Source: a virus (lineage: Duplodnaviria > Heunggongvirae > Uroviricota > Caudoviricetes). Taken from it: a stretch of 25,118 bases of DNA. The DNA lies in the IMG/VR virus record IMGVR_UViG_2667527914_000011; one strand, given 5' to 3'. Position numbers and translations under genes: made by a program. The notes beneath the pieces were generated by a model. It saw only the letters and a program-made list of their open reading frames with translations, was not told the origin of the DNA and did not search any database. This document shows positions 1-10,091 of this stretch, piece by piece (within the stretch, counting starts at the first letter, position 1; every line of letters begins with the position of its first letter).

Positions 1-139
1 CACAACATCCGAGGACAGCATCGTCCGCTGGCCCACAGAAGTCCGGAAAGTCATGGAAGGTCGTTGTTGGGAGGAGGTACAAATTCTCTCATGCAAAAAA
101 TACGTAAAATCGATAATAGCTGGAAATAATTCAATACAT

Positions 140-198
140 GCACTCTCGAAAGTGCATCAGCCAACCGCAGAACGTTATTGCATACAACGTTTCTGCGG
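140..198. other. two adjacent hairpin-forming inverted repeats downstream of tfa (gcact-ctcgaa-agtgc at about 140..156; ccgcagaacgtt-loop-aacgtttctgcgg at 165..198)
   Basis: Inverted repeats read directly from the sequence; no clear U-tract on either strand, so not a classical intrinsic terminator. Confidence 0.35.
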
Positions 199-212
199 CA
201 TAATCCCAATGA

Positions 213-797
213 TTACTCCCTGACAGGGTTCGTAGGCCACTCAATATCAGGTGCAGTTGACGTATCAACACGGTTCAGCAATACCCGATACTTTTTCCAT
301 GCTTCCAGCAACGAGATTTCTTCCTCCGTTGCAATTTCCAGATCTGCAGCATCCTGAAGCGGCGCAATATGCTCACTGGCTACCTGCATCAGGTTGTTTT
401 TTGTTTCTTCCGCCTCCCGGATCCGGAACAGTTTTTCTGCTTCCGTATCCTTCACCCAGGCTGTGCCGTTCCACTTCTGAAACTCCCCTTCCGGCGATAA
501 CCAGGTAACATTTTCCGGTAACGGACCGAGTTCAGAAATAAATAACGCGTCGCCGGAAGCCACGTCATAAACCGTTTTACCCCGATGATCTTCAACGAGA
601 TGCCACGATGACTCATCACTGTTGAAAACAGCCACGAAGCCAGCCGGAATATCTGGCGGTGCAATATCGGTACTGTTTGCTGGCAGACCTGTATGAGGCG
701 GAATATATGCATCACCTTCACCAATAAATTCATTAGTTCCGGCCAGCAGATTATAAATTTTTATGGTCCGTGGTTGTTCACTCATTCTGAATGCCAT
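213..797 (-). CDS. tfa: tail fiber assembly protein Tfa
   Basis: 194-aa ORF ([24 protein letters not shown]...DIEWP...) recognised as lambda Tfa, same length; ATG at 795..797 overlaps the stf stop (TAATG on minus strand). Confidence 0.9.
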   Translation of the reverse strand: MAFRMSEQPRTIKIYNLLAGTNEFIGEGDAYIPPHTGLPANSTDIAPPDIPAGFVAVFNSDESSWHLVEDHRGKTVYDVASGDALFISELGPLPENVTWLSPEGEFQKWNGTAWVKDTEAEKLFRIREAEETKNNLMQVASEHIAPLQDAADLEIATEEEISLLEAWKKYRVLLNRVDTSTAPDIEWPTNPVRE

Positions 798-3757
798 TAT
801 GCAAGCCTCACAATATAGTTAAATGCGATGTTTTTGACGGTGTTTTCCGCGTTACCAGCAGCGTTAACGGTGATGGTGTGTCCATGTGAACCAATCGCAA
901 CGGAGTGCGTATGAGCACCAATACCGACAGTATGCGCGTGTGCACCTGCAGATGCTGCTGTGCCGGACAGTGAATGGCTATGATTACCATCTATACTGGT
1001 ATTCGCTAACCACCCCGTAGACATACCTACTGAGCCTTGTACACCCCAGGTATTTTGACCTGAGCTTGTATAACCATATTGATAAGTATCTTTAAAAACA
1101 CTGGGGTTAAATCGACGGCCATCTCTATGGCTGTGATTACCAGCTGCATTCGTGCTGCCACTTAAACTATGGGTATGCGCACCAGTGTTATTCGTGGATT
1201 TAGTGCCGTAATCAAACGACGATGTGGTTTTCGTCCCCAAATCCGTACTGGATGCGCTGGCGCTGTGGGTATGCGATTTAATGCCGTCCTGTTCCTGAGA
1301 CAATACGGCCCGACCACTGGCAGGTTTGCCCTTAATCGTCCAGCCACGCATATCAGGGATCACGCCTGACGGATAAGCCGCTGCAAGTTTCGGGTATGCA
1401 GATTTGTCAAAAGCCTGCCCCTGCATCAGGGCATAGCCAGACGGAACGGTATCTGATGGCCACGGGATTGGTGCGCCAGGCGGATAAAACTGCTCTGATG
1501 GCGTATAGAGTGAATAAACTGTACCGTCCGTTAACCCTTCCGGCTTATTAGCAGAATATGCTGGTGACGTATGAATCGTCACGCTGGCATTACTGGTATA
1601 ATCCCATTGAATATTTACACCAGTCGCATAATTTCCGATTGCAACGTAAATATCGTAAGTATCACCAGATGTATTAACCCAGGCAAAATTTGTAAACCCT
1701 GTCAATGTGCGCTGCCATAAAGCACCAGTAATCCCCTTCGGATTACCATTACCTGCACGTAAAACAAGTTCAGATATACCTGCCTGTTGAGGTGACCCCA
1801 CGTTAAATCCAGCGCCACCAATCAACGTAATTGAAACAACAGAACTCGCCTGTGGCATGGTTACCGTTGCTAATTTGAACCAACCAGCACCACCGCTGAA
1901 TGACATTGTTGTTGAGTTAAGCGTACCAATATCTTTCGGCGTCAGTGTTATATCCGCTGAAAGCGCCTTACCATTCACCTTACGGGCAGAAGGTACCCGA
2001 CCATTCGCATTGTCATTAGCTGCTTTCACTGCTTTCGGTGTCGCAGCAAGCGTTTCAGATGTGCTGTTGGTTGCACTACTGAGCTGGACAATTCCTTTTT
2101 GTGCTGTCGTAGCGTCCTGTGCGGTGTATTTCCCGTTAGCCAGGTCATACGCGGCCTTAACGGCTTTTGGCGTTGCCGCCTGTGACTCGGAAGTGCTGTT
2201 AGTCGCACTGCTGAGCTGAACTATCCCTTTCTGTGCTGTCGTTGCATCCTGTGCGGTGTATTTCCCGTTAGCCAGGTCATACGCGGCCTTAACGGCTTTT
2301 GGCGTTGCCGCCTGTGACTCGGAAGTGCTGTTGGTCGCACTGCTGAGCTGTACTATCCCCTTTTTCGTCGTGCTCGCATCCTCAAGCGCCACGGCGGATG
2401 CAATATCCTCTGCCCGTTTTGCTGCTGTCTCGGCGCGCGTTGCCGCGGATTCCGCCGTACTTTTGCTCTGTGCTGCCGCTGCCGCACTGCCAGCAGCCTC
2501 TGTCGCCTTCGTGGATGCCGTCGTGGCGCTGCCCCTCGCTGCTGACGCCTGTCTGGTCGCCTCATCTTTTGAAGCAGACGCAGATGATGCCGATGACGCC
2601 GCCGAACTGGCGGACGATGCGGCAGCCGTTTTTGAGGATTCTGCGCTGGTTTCCGACGCTTTCGCGTTCGTTTCGGATGTCTTCGCTGCGGAAGCAGACC
2701 TCGCTGCTGCGCTGGCCTGTTCAGTGGCTTCGCCAGCCTTCGTTGTGGCTGTTGAAGCGGATGATGCGGCGCTTTCTGCCGATTTTCCGGCGGCGGTGGC
2801 ACTGACTGCTGCCTCCTCTGCCTTAATGGACGCCTCACGGGCCGATGATGCAGCTGCTGTCTCAGAGTCTGCCGCAGCTGAGGCGCTCTGTTCCGCTGCC
2901 GTTTCAGAAGACTTAGCATTCGTCTCGGACGTTTTTGCCGCCTTCACGGAATTTCCTGCCGCCGTTGCCGAGGAGGCTGCACTGCTGGCGCTTGTGGAGG
3001 CGTTCGTTTCTGATGATTTTGCCGCCTCTTTGGAGGCCGCCGCATCTCTGGCTGAAGTGGCGGCTTCTGACGCTTTCGTTGTCGCAGTGGATGCAGAAGT
3101 GGCTGCTGATTTTTGTGACGCTGCAGCATTCGTTTCTGACGTTTTCGCCGCACCGGCACTGGTGGCCGCCGCGCTTTTTGAGGACTCTGCAGCGGCAGCA
3201 CTTTTTGATGCTTCAGTGGCCTTTGTTGATGCCGTTCCTGCGCTGGAAGACGCCTCCTGAGCCGAAGTCGCGGCCTGTCCGGCTGACGTGCTGGCTGCAC
3301 GCGCTGAGCCTGCAGCATCAGTCGCATGGGTTGCCGCCTCACGGGCAGATGTGCCGGCATCACTGGCTGACTTCTTCGCGGCTGCCGTGTTCTGTGCCAC
3401 CGCGGACGCGTTACGCGCCACCTCTTCCACCATCAGTTCAAAACGGCGCAGAGCCTCCGGACGGGCATCATCCTCCGTCATGGCACCGAGAAAATCATTC
3501 AGCGTACCGGGTCGGGAATCTTCATACACAGTGATGGTCCCGGCATGTGACGGCGGGAATCCTTCCACCAACAGAATAACGCTGTACTGACCGTACTCAA
3601 CGTCCATGCTGTAACGCCCGGCTTCATCCGGATTTTCTGAGGCCAGCGTGTTCACCACCACCGTGGTGCTGTTACGTTTTGCTTTCAGCTGGATTGTGCA
3701 GTTCTGTACCGGTTTTCCTGTGCCGTCTTTCAGTACACCTGAAATCTTTACTGCCAT
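797..3757 (-). CDS. stf: side tail fiber protein Stf, intact, with Ala/Ser/Thr-rich shaft and His-rich C-terminal tip
   Basis: N-terminus [35 protein letters not shown] and C-terminus [61 protein letters not shown] match lambda Stf as I recall it. The ORF track starts at a GTG at 3763; the ATG at 3757 follows a GGGGTG Shine-Dalgarno-like motif and is the likelier start. Confidence 0.85.
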   Translation of the reverse strand: MAVKISGVLKDGTGKPVQNCTIQLKAKRNSTTVVVNTLASENPDEAGRYSMDVEYGQYSVILLVEGFPPSHAGTITVYEDSRPGTLNDFLGAMTEDDARPEALRRFELMVEEVARNASAVAQNTAAAKKSASDAGTSAREAATHATDAAGSARAASTSAGQAATSAQEASSSAGTASTKATEASKSAAAAESSKSAAATSAGAAKTSETNAAASQKSAATSASTATTKASEAATSARDAAASKEAAKSSETNASTSASSAASSATAAGNSVKAAKTSETNAKSSETAAEQSASAAADSETAAASSAREASIKAEEAAVSATAAGKSAESAASSASTATTKAGEATEQASAAARSASAAKTSETNAKASETSAESSKTAAASSASSAASSASSASASKDEATRQASAARGSATTASTKATEAAGSAAAAAQSKSTAESAATRAETAAKRAEDIASAVALEDASTTKKGIVQLSSATNSTSESQAATPKAVKAAYDLANGKYTAQDATTAQKGIVQLSSATNSTSESQAATPKAVKAAYDLANGKYTAQDATTAQKGIVQLSSATNSTSETLAATPKAVKAANDNANGRVPSARKVNGKALSADITLTPKDIGTLNSTTMSFSGGAGWFKLATVTMPQASSVVSITLIGGAGFNVGSPQQAGISELVLRAGNGNPKGITGALWQRTLTGFTNFAWVNTSGDTYDIYVAIGNYATGVNIQWDYTSNASVTIHTSPAYSANKPEGLTDGTVYSLYTPSEQFYPPGAPIPWPSDTVPSGYALMQGQAFDKSAYPKLAAAYPSGVIPDMRGWTIKGKPASGRAVLSQEQDGIKSHTHSASASSTDLGTKTTSSFDYGTKSTNNTGAHTHSLSGSTNAAGNHSHRDGRRFNPSVFKDTYQYGYTSSGQNTWGVQGSVGMSTGWLANTSIDGNHSHSLSGTAASAGAHAHTVGIGAHTHSVAIGSHGHTITVNAAGNAENTVKNIAFNYIVRLA
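1996..2362 (-). repeat. in-frame tandem repeat inside stf, period 132 bp (44 aa), about 2.8 copies
   Basis: DNA repeat cctgtgcggtgtatttcccgttagccaggtcatacgcggccttaacggcttttggcgttgccgcctgtgactcggaagtgctgtt recurs at about 2116 and 2248; the protein shows [44 protein letters not shown] three times (third copy diverged). Confidence 0.8.
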
Positions 3758-3768
3758 ATTCACCCCAC

Positions 3769-3795
3769 AAAAAAGCCCGCCTGAACCGGCGGGCT
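3769..3795 (-). terminator. rho-independent terminator downstream of lom (minus strand: stem agcccgcc / ggcgggct followed by TTTTTT)
   Basis: GC-rich 8-bp stem with 6-nt loop and a U6 tract on the minus strand, between the lom stop and the stf start. Confidence 0.6.
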
Positions 3796-3821
3796 GTCAT
3801 AACACTGTGTTACCTGGCTAA

Positions 3822-4421
3822 TCAGAACTTATAACCGACACCCACGATGAAACCGTCAGTGCGCCAGTCGCCACTGCCGGAGCCTTCATAAGCAATATCA
3901 ATGGCCACGGATTCGGTCGGGTTAAACTGCACGCCAGCTCCCCACGCCAGAGACGTGTTGCTGTGGCGACCGTCATCACTTCCGGTCAGCACGTCGTGCG
4001 TTTTCCCCTTGTTGTCAGTTACGCGGAGATAATCCCCGGAGAAAGTCGACACACGGCTGTAAGCCACACCCGCCATCGCATACGCGCTGAACCATTCATT
4101 CACGCGCACAGACGGCCCCGCCATTACGCTGAACCAGCGGTTACGAACGGAATCTTCATGCCAGCGGGTATCGCTGTAACGGGTCAGCTGGCGATTCTTG
4201 TCTCCTGCATAGCTGAATGACGTCACCAGCCCCAGCGTATCCGTAAACTCATAACGGTATTTCACGTTAATCCCGTTCAGATCATCACTGCCGGGAACGT
4301 TGGTCCGGGCATGAAGATACCCCGCGCTCAGCGTGGACTGATGTTCAGACGCCCATGCAGGCGCACCGGATACGGCCAGACAAATGGCTGCGGACAAAAT
4401 GGCGGCACAAACTTTACGCAT
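3822..4421 (-). CDS. lom: outer membrane protein Lom (Ail/Lom/PagC/OmpX family beta-barrel), complete copy
   Basis: 199-aa ORF with signal-peptide-like N-terminus MRKVCAAILSAAICLAVSGAPAWA and C-terminus DIAYEGSGSGDWRTDGFIVGVGYKF matching lambda Lom; GAGAGG Shine-Dalgarno motif upstream of the ATG; sits between J and stf as in lambda. Confidence 0.9.
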   Translation of the reverse strand: MRKVCAAILSAAICLAVSGAPAWASEHQSTLSAGYLHARTNVPGSDDLNGINVKYRYEFTDTLGLVTSFSYAGDKNRQLTRYSDTRWHEDSVRNRWFSVMAGPSVRVNEWFSAYAMAGVAYSRVSTFSGDYLRVTDNKGKTHDVLTGSDDGRHSNTSLAWGAGVQFNPTESVAIDIAYEGSGSGDWRTDGFIVGVGYKF

Positions 4422-4444
4422 AATTACCTCTCGCTTTTCTGCAA

Positions 4445-4476
4445 TAAAAAAGGCGTCATTCCTGACGCCATTTATT
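4445..4476 (-). terminator. hairpin with flanking A/T runs between the J-3' fragment and lom copy 1 (stem ggcgtca / tgacgcc); possible bidirectional terminator
   Basis: 7-bp stem with 4-nt loop, flanked by TTTTTTATT on the minus strand and ATTTATT on the plus strand. Confidence 0.5.
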
Positions 4477-4491
4477 GGGGTTATAAATATT

Positions 4492-4656
4492 TCAACGAAT
4501 ACTGATGCCGGAAGCCGCTTTTTTGGTCACAATCACCGTACAGTCGGTGATATTGCCTGCCCCCTGATTGCCTTTCTGGAAAATCTTAAACTCCAGAGTG
4601 ACGCTACCACCACCACTAGGCATATCAATAACTGCACTGTAACTACCGGGAATGGC
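4492..4656 (-). repeat. duplicated copy of the last 165 nt of J (3' end only), abutting the scaffold gap
   Basis: 4492..4656 appears identical by eye to 5216..5380; it encodes ...[54 protein letters not shown], the J C-terminus. Confidence 0.8.
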
Positions 4657-4691
4657 NNNNNNNNNNNNNNNNNNNNNNNNNNNNNNNNNNN
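4657..4691. other. assembly or scaffold gap (35 N)
   Basis: Run of 35 n characters in the sequence. Confidence 0.98.
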
Positions 4692-5145
4692 GACCGTCAT
4701 CACTTCCGGTCAGCACATCGTGCGTTTTCCCCTTATTGTCAGTTACGCGGATATAATCCCCGGAAAAAGTCGACACACGGCTGTAAGCCACACCCGCCAT
4801 CGCATACGCGCTGAACCATTCATTCACGCGCACAGACGGCCCCGCCATCACGCTGAACCAGCGGTTACGCACGGAATCTTCATGCCAGCGGGTATCGCTG
4901 TAACGGGTCAGCTGGCGATTCTTGTCTCCTGCATAGCTGAATGACGTCACCAGCCCCAGCGTATCCGTAAACTCATAACGGTATTTCACGTTAATCCCGT
5001 TCAGATCATCACTGCCGGGAACGTTGGTCCGGGCATGAAGATACCCCGCGCTCAGCGTGGACTGATGTTCAGACGCCCATGCAGGCGCACCGGATACGGC
5101 CAGGCAAATGGCTGCGGACAAAATGGCTGCACAAACTTTACGCAT
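4692..5145 (-). CDS. lom: second copy of lom, 5' portion only (about 151 codons); 3' end lost in the N gap
   Basis: Same N-terminus MRKVCAAILSAAICLAVSGAPAWA as copy 1; about 7 nucleotide differences from copy 1 over 454 nt, one non-synonymous (DYLRV versus DYIRV). Confidence 0.75.
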
Positions 5146-5168
5146 AATTACCTCTCGCTTTTCTGCAA

Positions 5169-5200
5169 TAAAAAAGGCGTCATTCCTGACGCCATTTATT
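5169..5200 (-). terminator. second copy of the J-lom intergenic hairpin
   Basis: Same sequence as 4445..4476. Confidence 0.5.
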
Positions 5201-5215
5201 GGGGTTATAAATATT

Positions 5216-8200
5216 TCAACGAATACTGATGCCGGAAGCCGCTTTTTTGGTCACAATCACCGTACAGTCGGTGATATTGCCTGCCCCCTGATTGCCTTTC
5301 TGGAAAATCTTAAACTCCAGAGTGACGCTACCACCACCACTAGGCATATCAATAACTGCACTGTAACTACCGGGAATGGCACCTTTAGTTTCTCTGGATG
5401 CGATTAATACGCCGTTTTTGCGAACTTCAAAACCATAACCCGTGTATCGCGTGCCTCCTGGGTTATTTCCGCTCCCCGGATCGTCATACGCTATACCGTT
5501 AAAAATAATGGGCGGAATAATAATCTGGCGGTCAAAGTTATGATCATCGCTTATGGTGACTGTAACCGTCCCGTTTGGTGTTTCCGTGTTACCCCACGTA
5601 CCAGCCTGTTTCGGAAATGATTTGGATACAGCTTTAACGAAGTCACCTCTGACCTGAGTCGCCTCCAGCATGCCCTTAATCGTACAGTTTTCATTTACCG
5701 TGACATTGTTGAGCGTCCCGGCGTTCGCATTCACACTGCCACTGATATCCGCATTTTTAGCGGTCAGCTTTCCGTCCGGAGTCAGGGAAAATGCCGATGG
5801 ATTTCCACCGCTGGTAATGGTGGGGGCCGTCAGGCGTTTCAGGAACACGTCGTTCATGAATATCTGATCGCCCTGACCAACAAACATCGGTTTTGTGTTG
5901 CCATTCGCAGGATTAACCATCGCAATCCTGTCCGCCGCCAGCAGCACCTGACTCTGCATGCCGTCAGGGGTGTTCTCAATACCGGCACCAATACCCGCGA
6001 TATAAAGGCGTCCGTCCTGCATCTGCTGCAGCTTCACAGCCCACATGCTGTTCAGGTTATTATTTGTATCAACCTGAACCTTCTGTATCTGCTGAATTGC
6101 CGCACTCTGGTCTTCCAGTTTCTTATTGACGGTCTGCGTGATTTCATTGCTGACATCCGTAATGGACGTCCTGATTTCAGCCAGGTCAGGCGCAAGCTGA
6201 CCGTTATCAATCTGCGTCCACAGCTCCTGAGCCAGATGGGTTTTCCCTATCTCGCCTTTGAAAAAATCCAGATAACCGGATGCATCATCACTCGGCTGAC
6301 CAACAGCCTCCACGAATGCCGATTTGCCAACGGTGTTCACACTGCGGATATAAAAGTAATAATCATGGCCCGGTTTGATATTGATACTGGCGGCTATCCA
6401 GTACAGCGCCGTGCCAAGATAGCGTGCTGTGGTTTCAACCTGCCTGATATCCGCAATCCGCTTTTCCGAGAACCAGAACTCAAACTGTACCGTCGGATCA
6501 TAAACCGCAAGATGCGGCGTGGCGGTTATCTGAAAATAGCCCGGCGTCAGCTCAATCCGCGACAGCGCTGCCGGTGCGGCAATCCGGAACGATACCGACG
6601 CCGGATCGCCCTGCTGCCCCCACGCATTTACTGCCCGGACTGTCAGCCTGTAGTTCCCCAGCGCCAGTTGTGTGAAGCGGTAAGTGGTTTCCGTCGTCCG
6701 GGCCGTGCTGACCAGCCGCTCACTGCCGTCATCCGCTGTTACGGTCAGACGGAGCAGGAAGCTCACGCCCTTCACCACCTTCGGCGTGTCCCAGCGCGCC
6801 AGCACCTGATATTCCCCGCTGTCTGCGGTGACTTCGGCAGTCAGGTGCTGCACCGCTGGCGGCGTGACACCATTCACCGTGCCGCTCTGGTCGCCGTCAA
6901 AGTGCGCCCCGTTATCCACGATGGCTTCTTTTTCCGGCACATGCTGCACGGCGGTGATGGCATACGTGCCGTCGTCGTTCTCACGGATACTCACGCAGCG
7001 GAACAATCGCTGGTGCAGCGTCGGCAGCTTCAGCCCCCACACGCTGTATTCAGCAACACCGTCAGGAACACGGCTCACTTTTACCTTCACGCCGTCGGTG
7101 ACGGACTGGACCTCCACGCTGACCGGATTCCCCTGCCCGTCAACCAGGCTTATCAGCGTGGTGCCGGAGGATGGCAGCGTGATTTCACGGTCGAGCGTCA
7201 GCGTCCGGGTCTGGCTGTTCACCGCCAGCACGCGCCCGCCGGTGCGGATACCGGCATAGTCATCATCGCAGATTTCAATGACATCGCCCGGTACATGACG
7301 AAGCCCTTCAGCACCCACGCTGAAATCCACGGTCTGCGTCTCCAGCAGTTCCGTTTTAATCAGCCACAGCCCGGCGCGGTGTGCCTGCCCCCGGCTGGTA
7401 CAGCCAAAGGCATCCATCTTCGTGACGTTACGACCGTAACGGACAATGGCCTGCGTATCCTCCACAAGCTCTGTCGCCGTCTCCCAGCCGTTATCCGGGT
7501 CAATCCAGTTCACCTCAACGGCATTATGGCGGTCTTTCAGGGCGCTGAAACTGTAGCGGAACGGCGCGCCATCATCCGGCATCACCACATTACTGCGGTT
7601 ATAGGCCCACACCTTATCCGACTGTCGGTCCTGCACGAACGTCAGCGTCTGCCCGTTCCATACCGGCATACAGCGCATCGCCGAGCAGAAATCACTGAGC
7701 ACATCCCACGCCTTGCGCTGTGTGGTCAGCCAGGCATTACAGGTGATGCGCGGCTCCGTGCTGCCAAAGCCGTCCGGCACCGACTGGTCACAGTACTGGC
7801 CGATGACATACAGCGCCCATTTATCCACATCTGCCGCACCAAGACGTTTCCCCATGCCATAGCGCGGATGGGTCAGCATATCCCACAGACACCAGGCCAT
7901 GTTGTTGCTGTATGCCGGTTTTAACGTTCCGTCCCAGATACCGCTGTATTGCCGCGTCTGCGGATTATAGTTCGACGGCACCTGCAGAATGCGCCCGCGA
8001 AGATGATAATTACGGCTCACCTGCTGGCTGCCGAACTGCTCCGAATCCACCTGTACGCCGACCAGTGCCGTGTTCGGGTAGCACTGTTTCACATCGATGA
8101 TTTCGGTGTATGACGACCAGAGCGTTTTGTTCTGCAGCTGGTCTGTGGTGCTGTCCGGCGTCATTCTGCGCATCCGGATATTAAACGGGCGCGGCGGCAG

Positions 8201-8713
8201 GTTATCCACCACCACCGAGGCCAGATACTGCGAGGTGGTTTTGCCCTTAATGGTGATGTCTTTTTCCGTCACCCAGCCACCGTTACGCTGTATCTGAACC
8301 AGCAGGCGAACTTCAGACGGATTCCTGTCTCCCTTTGAGGTGGTTTCCACCAGTGCCTGTACACCGAAGGTAAAACGCAGTCGGTCAATGTTTGCCGACG
8401 TGATGGTCCGGGTGATCGGCGTGTCATATTTCACTTCCGTACCCAGCACCGTCTCGGAGCCGGAGGATTCAAATCCCTCCGGCGGTGACTGCTCCTGCTC
8501 ACCTGCCCGGAACACCACCGTGACGCCGGAGATGTTGGTATTCCCCTCACTGTCCAGCACCGGCGTACTGTTCAGCAGCACGCTTTTTAATCCATCCACC
8601 GGACCTTCAACCGGCCCTTCGCTGATGGCATCGATCACACTCAGCAGCTGCGTGGACTTCAGGTTGTCCTTCGCTTCGCGCGGGGTATGCCCCTTACTGC
8701 TGCCTTTACCCAT
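5216..8713 (-). CDS. J: tail tip / central tail fiber protein J (host-specificity protein), 1165 aa, with a C-terminal domain unlike lambda J
   Basis: N-terminal roughly 800 aa ([34 protein letters not shown]...) match lambda J as I recall it; the C-terminal roughly 365 aa diverge and the protein is 33 aa longer than lambda J (1132 aa). Confidence 0.9.
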   Translation of the reverse strand: MGKGSSKGHTPREAKDNLKSTQLLSVIDAISEGPVEGPVDGLKSVLLNSTPVLDSEGNTNISGVTVVFRAGEQEQSPPEGFESSGSETVLGTEVKYDTPITRTITSANIDRLRFTFGVQALVETTSKGDRNPSEVRLLVQIQRNGGWVTEKDITIKGKTTSQYLASVVVDNLPPRPFNIRMRRMTPDSTTDQLQNKTLWSSYTEIIDVKQCYPNTALVGVQVDSEQFGSQQVSRNYHLRGRILQVPSNYNPQTRQYSGIWDGTLKPAYSNNMAWCLWDMLTHPRYGMGKRLGAADVDKWALYVIGQYCDQSVPDGFGSTEPRITCNAWLTTQRKAWDVLSDFCSAMRCMPVWNGQTLTFVQDRQSDKVWAYNRSNVVMPDDGAPFRYSFSALKDRHNAVEVNWIDPDNGWETATELVEDTQAIVRYGRNVTKMDAFGCTSRGQAHRAGLWLIKTELLETQTVDFSVGAEGLRHVPGDVIEICDDDYAGIRTGGRVLAVNSQTRTLTLDREITLPSSGTTLISLVDGQGNPVSVEVQSVTDGVKVKVSRVPDGVAEYSVWGLKLPTLHQRLFRCVSIRENDDGTYAITAVQHVPEKEAIVDNGAHFDGDQSGTVNGVTPPAVQHLTAEVTADSGEYQVLARWDTPKVVKGVSFLLRLTVTADDGSERLVSTARTTETTYRFTQLALGNYRLTVRAVNAWGQQGDPASVSFRIAAPAALSRIELTPGYFQITATPHLAVYDPTVQFEFWFSEKRIADIRQVETTARYLGTALYWIAASINIKPGHDYYFYIRSVNTVGKSAFVEAVGQPSDDASGYLDFFKGEIGKTHLAQELWTQIDNGQLAPDLAEIRTSITDVSNEITQTVNKKLEDQSAAIQQIQKVQVDTNNNLNSMWAVKLQQMQDGRLYIAGIGAGIENTPDGMQSQVLLAADRIAMVNPANGNTKPMFVGQGDQIFMNDVFLKRLTAPTITSGGNPSAFSLTPDGKLTAKNADISGSVNANAGTLNNVTVNENCTIKGMLEATQVRGDFVKAVSKSFPKQAGTWGNTETPNGTVTVTISDDHNFDRQIIIPPIIFNGIAYDDPGSGNNPGGTRYTGYGFEVRKNGVLIASRETKGAIPGSYSAVIDMPSGGGSVTLEFKIFQKGNQGAGNITDCTVIVTKKAASGISIR

Positions 8714-8773
8714 TCGTCATGCTCCATAAACGATAAAACCGCCCGGAGGCGATTTCACATAAAACATTTTGCA

Positions 8774-9445
8774 TCAGCGACCAATCACCACAACCTGACC
8801 ACCGTCCCCTTCGTCTGCCGTGCTGATCTCCTGAGATACCACACGTGACCCCACGCGCATTTCACCATACAGAACAGGCATAACATTGCCCTGGGCAACC
8901 ATGTTATCCAGTGAGGAGAAATAGGTGTTCTGCTTACCGTTATCCGTTGTCTGTGTGCGGGGAGTTCTGGCTTTCGGTGCCAGCATCTGAGCCACACCGC
9001 CGAGCACCATACTGGCACCGAGAGAAAACAGAATGCCGGTCATACCACCGGCACCAATGGCAGCCCCCCATGCTGCAAGGGTGGCTCCGGCGGTAAAGAA
9101 TGATCCGGCAATGGCGGCTGCTCCCAGGACAATCTGGAATACACCACCTGACTTGGCCCCGGCGACTCTGGGAACAATATGAATCACAGCGCCGTCAGGC
9201 AGAGCCTCATGTAACTGTGCCGTTAATCCGGACGTGCTAACATCCTGCCCGGCAATACGCACCTGATACCAGCCGTCGCTCAGCTTCTGACGAAACGCAG
9301 GGAGCTGTGTGGCCATCGCCCGGATGGCTTCGGCACCCGTTTTCACACGAAGGTCGATGCGGCGGCCAAATCGTTGCAAATCCCCGTAAAGGCAGATGCG
9401 TGCCATGCCCGGTGACGCCAGAGGGAGTGTGTGCGTCGCTGCCAT
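8774..9445 (-). CDS. I: tail tip assembly protein I
   Basis: 223-aa ORF MAATHTLPLASPGMARICLYGDLQRFGRRIDLRVKTGAEAIRA..., same length as lambda I; position between K and J. Confidence 0.9.
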   Translation of the reverse strand: MAATHTLPLASPGMARICLYGDLQRFGRRIDLRVKTGAEAIRAMATQLPAFRQKLSDGWYQVRIAGQDVSTSGLTAQLHEALPDGAVIHIVPRVAGAKSGGVFQIVLGAAAIAGSFFTAGATLAAWGAAIGAGGMTGILFSLGASMVLGGVAQMLAPKARTPRTQTTDNGKQNTYFSSLDNMVAQGNVMPVLYGEMRVGSRVVSQEISTADEGDGGQVVVIGR

Positions 9446-10086
9446 TTGTCGGTATACCTCTCTCGTTTGCTCAGTTGTTCAGGAATATGGTGCAGCAGCT
9501 CGCCGTCACCACAGTAAATGGCGGCATGATTCGGCACCGATGAACCAAAACAGCACAGCAGCACATCGCCCGGCTGCGCCGCTGACAACGGCACCTGATA
9601 CAGCCCTGTGGCCTCCAGATTATCCAGATAGAGATTCTGACCGTGACGCCACCAGTCATCCTCACGATGAAAATCCGGCATCTCAATCCCCGCCAGATGG
9701 TAAGCATCCCGGAACAGCGTGTAACAGTCCGTCACCCCGTGCTCAAAGCGCCGCCCGGTAAGATGTGGCACACAGCGGAACTTGTGAATCGCCCCCCGGC
9801 AGACCAGCCACCACGGCAAATCACTCTGCACCTGCAGCCGCCGGTCGGCCTCACTCAGCCAGGGCAGACCACCGGGGTGGCTGTGGACCAGTGCCACAAT
9901 CTCACCCTGCATCTCTGCCTGCAGCCAGTCTTCCGGCGACATACGGAAATACGCCTCCGGCTCACCGGAGATATTCACGCAGGGGAAATATCTTTCCCCC
10001 TCCGGCGTTCTTACCACGAAGCCGCACGACTCCGCTGGAGCACATCGCCGGGCGTGCGCCAGAATCGCTGATTCTGTCTCTGTCAT
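9343..10086 (-). CDS. K: tail tip assembly protein K (JAMM/MPN plus NlpC/P60 domains); long form 247 aa, alternative internal start at 9942 gives the 199-aa form
   Basis: HSHPGG...SEAD JAMM-like motif; ORF begins 5 nt after the L stop and overlaps I by 103 nt in another frame, as in lambda. Confidence 0.85.
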   Translation of the reverse strand: MTETESAILAHARRCAPAESCGFVVRTPEGERYFPCVNISGEPEAYFRMSPEDWLQAEMQGEIVALVHSHPGGLPWLSEADRRLQVQSDLPWWLVCRGAIHKFRCVPHLTGRRFEHGVTDCYTLFRDAYHLAGIEMPDFHREDDWWRHGQNLYLDNLEATGLYQVPLSAAQPGDVLLCCFGSSVPNHAAIYCGDGELLHHIPEQLSKRERYTDKWQRRTHSLWRHRAWHASAFTGICNDLAAASTFV

Positions 10087-10091
10087 GGGAT

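Noticed and set aside
2256-3260. 334-aa + strand ORF and neighbouring + and - ORFs (1857..2219, 2353..2919, 2935..3534, 2944..3363)
   Set aside because: Antisense or out of frame within the Ala/Ser/Thr-rich repetitive stf region; low-complexity translations created by the compositional bias
4476-4491. Possible sigma70 -35 element (TTGAAA) upstream of lom on the minus strand
   Set aside because: The intrinsic-terminator-like hairpin lies between this hexamer and the lom start and there is no convincing -10 at proper spacing, so I do not call a promoter
4492-5145. 217-aa ORF in the track that reads through the N run
   Set aside because: Artificial fusion of lom copy 2 (5' part) and the duplicated J 3' end across 35 unknown bases translated as X; not a real protein
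6236-7924. 562-aa ORF on the + strand
   Set aside because: Lies entirely antisense to the conserved J gene in GC-rich sequence; Arg/Pro-rich translation with no recognisable domain; a shadow ORF
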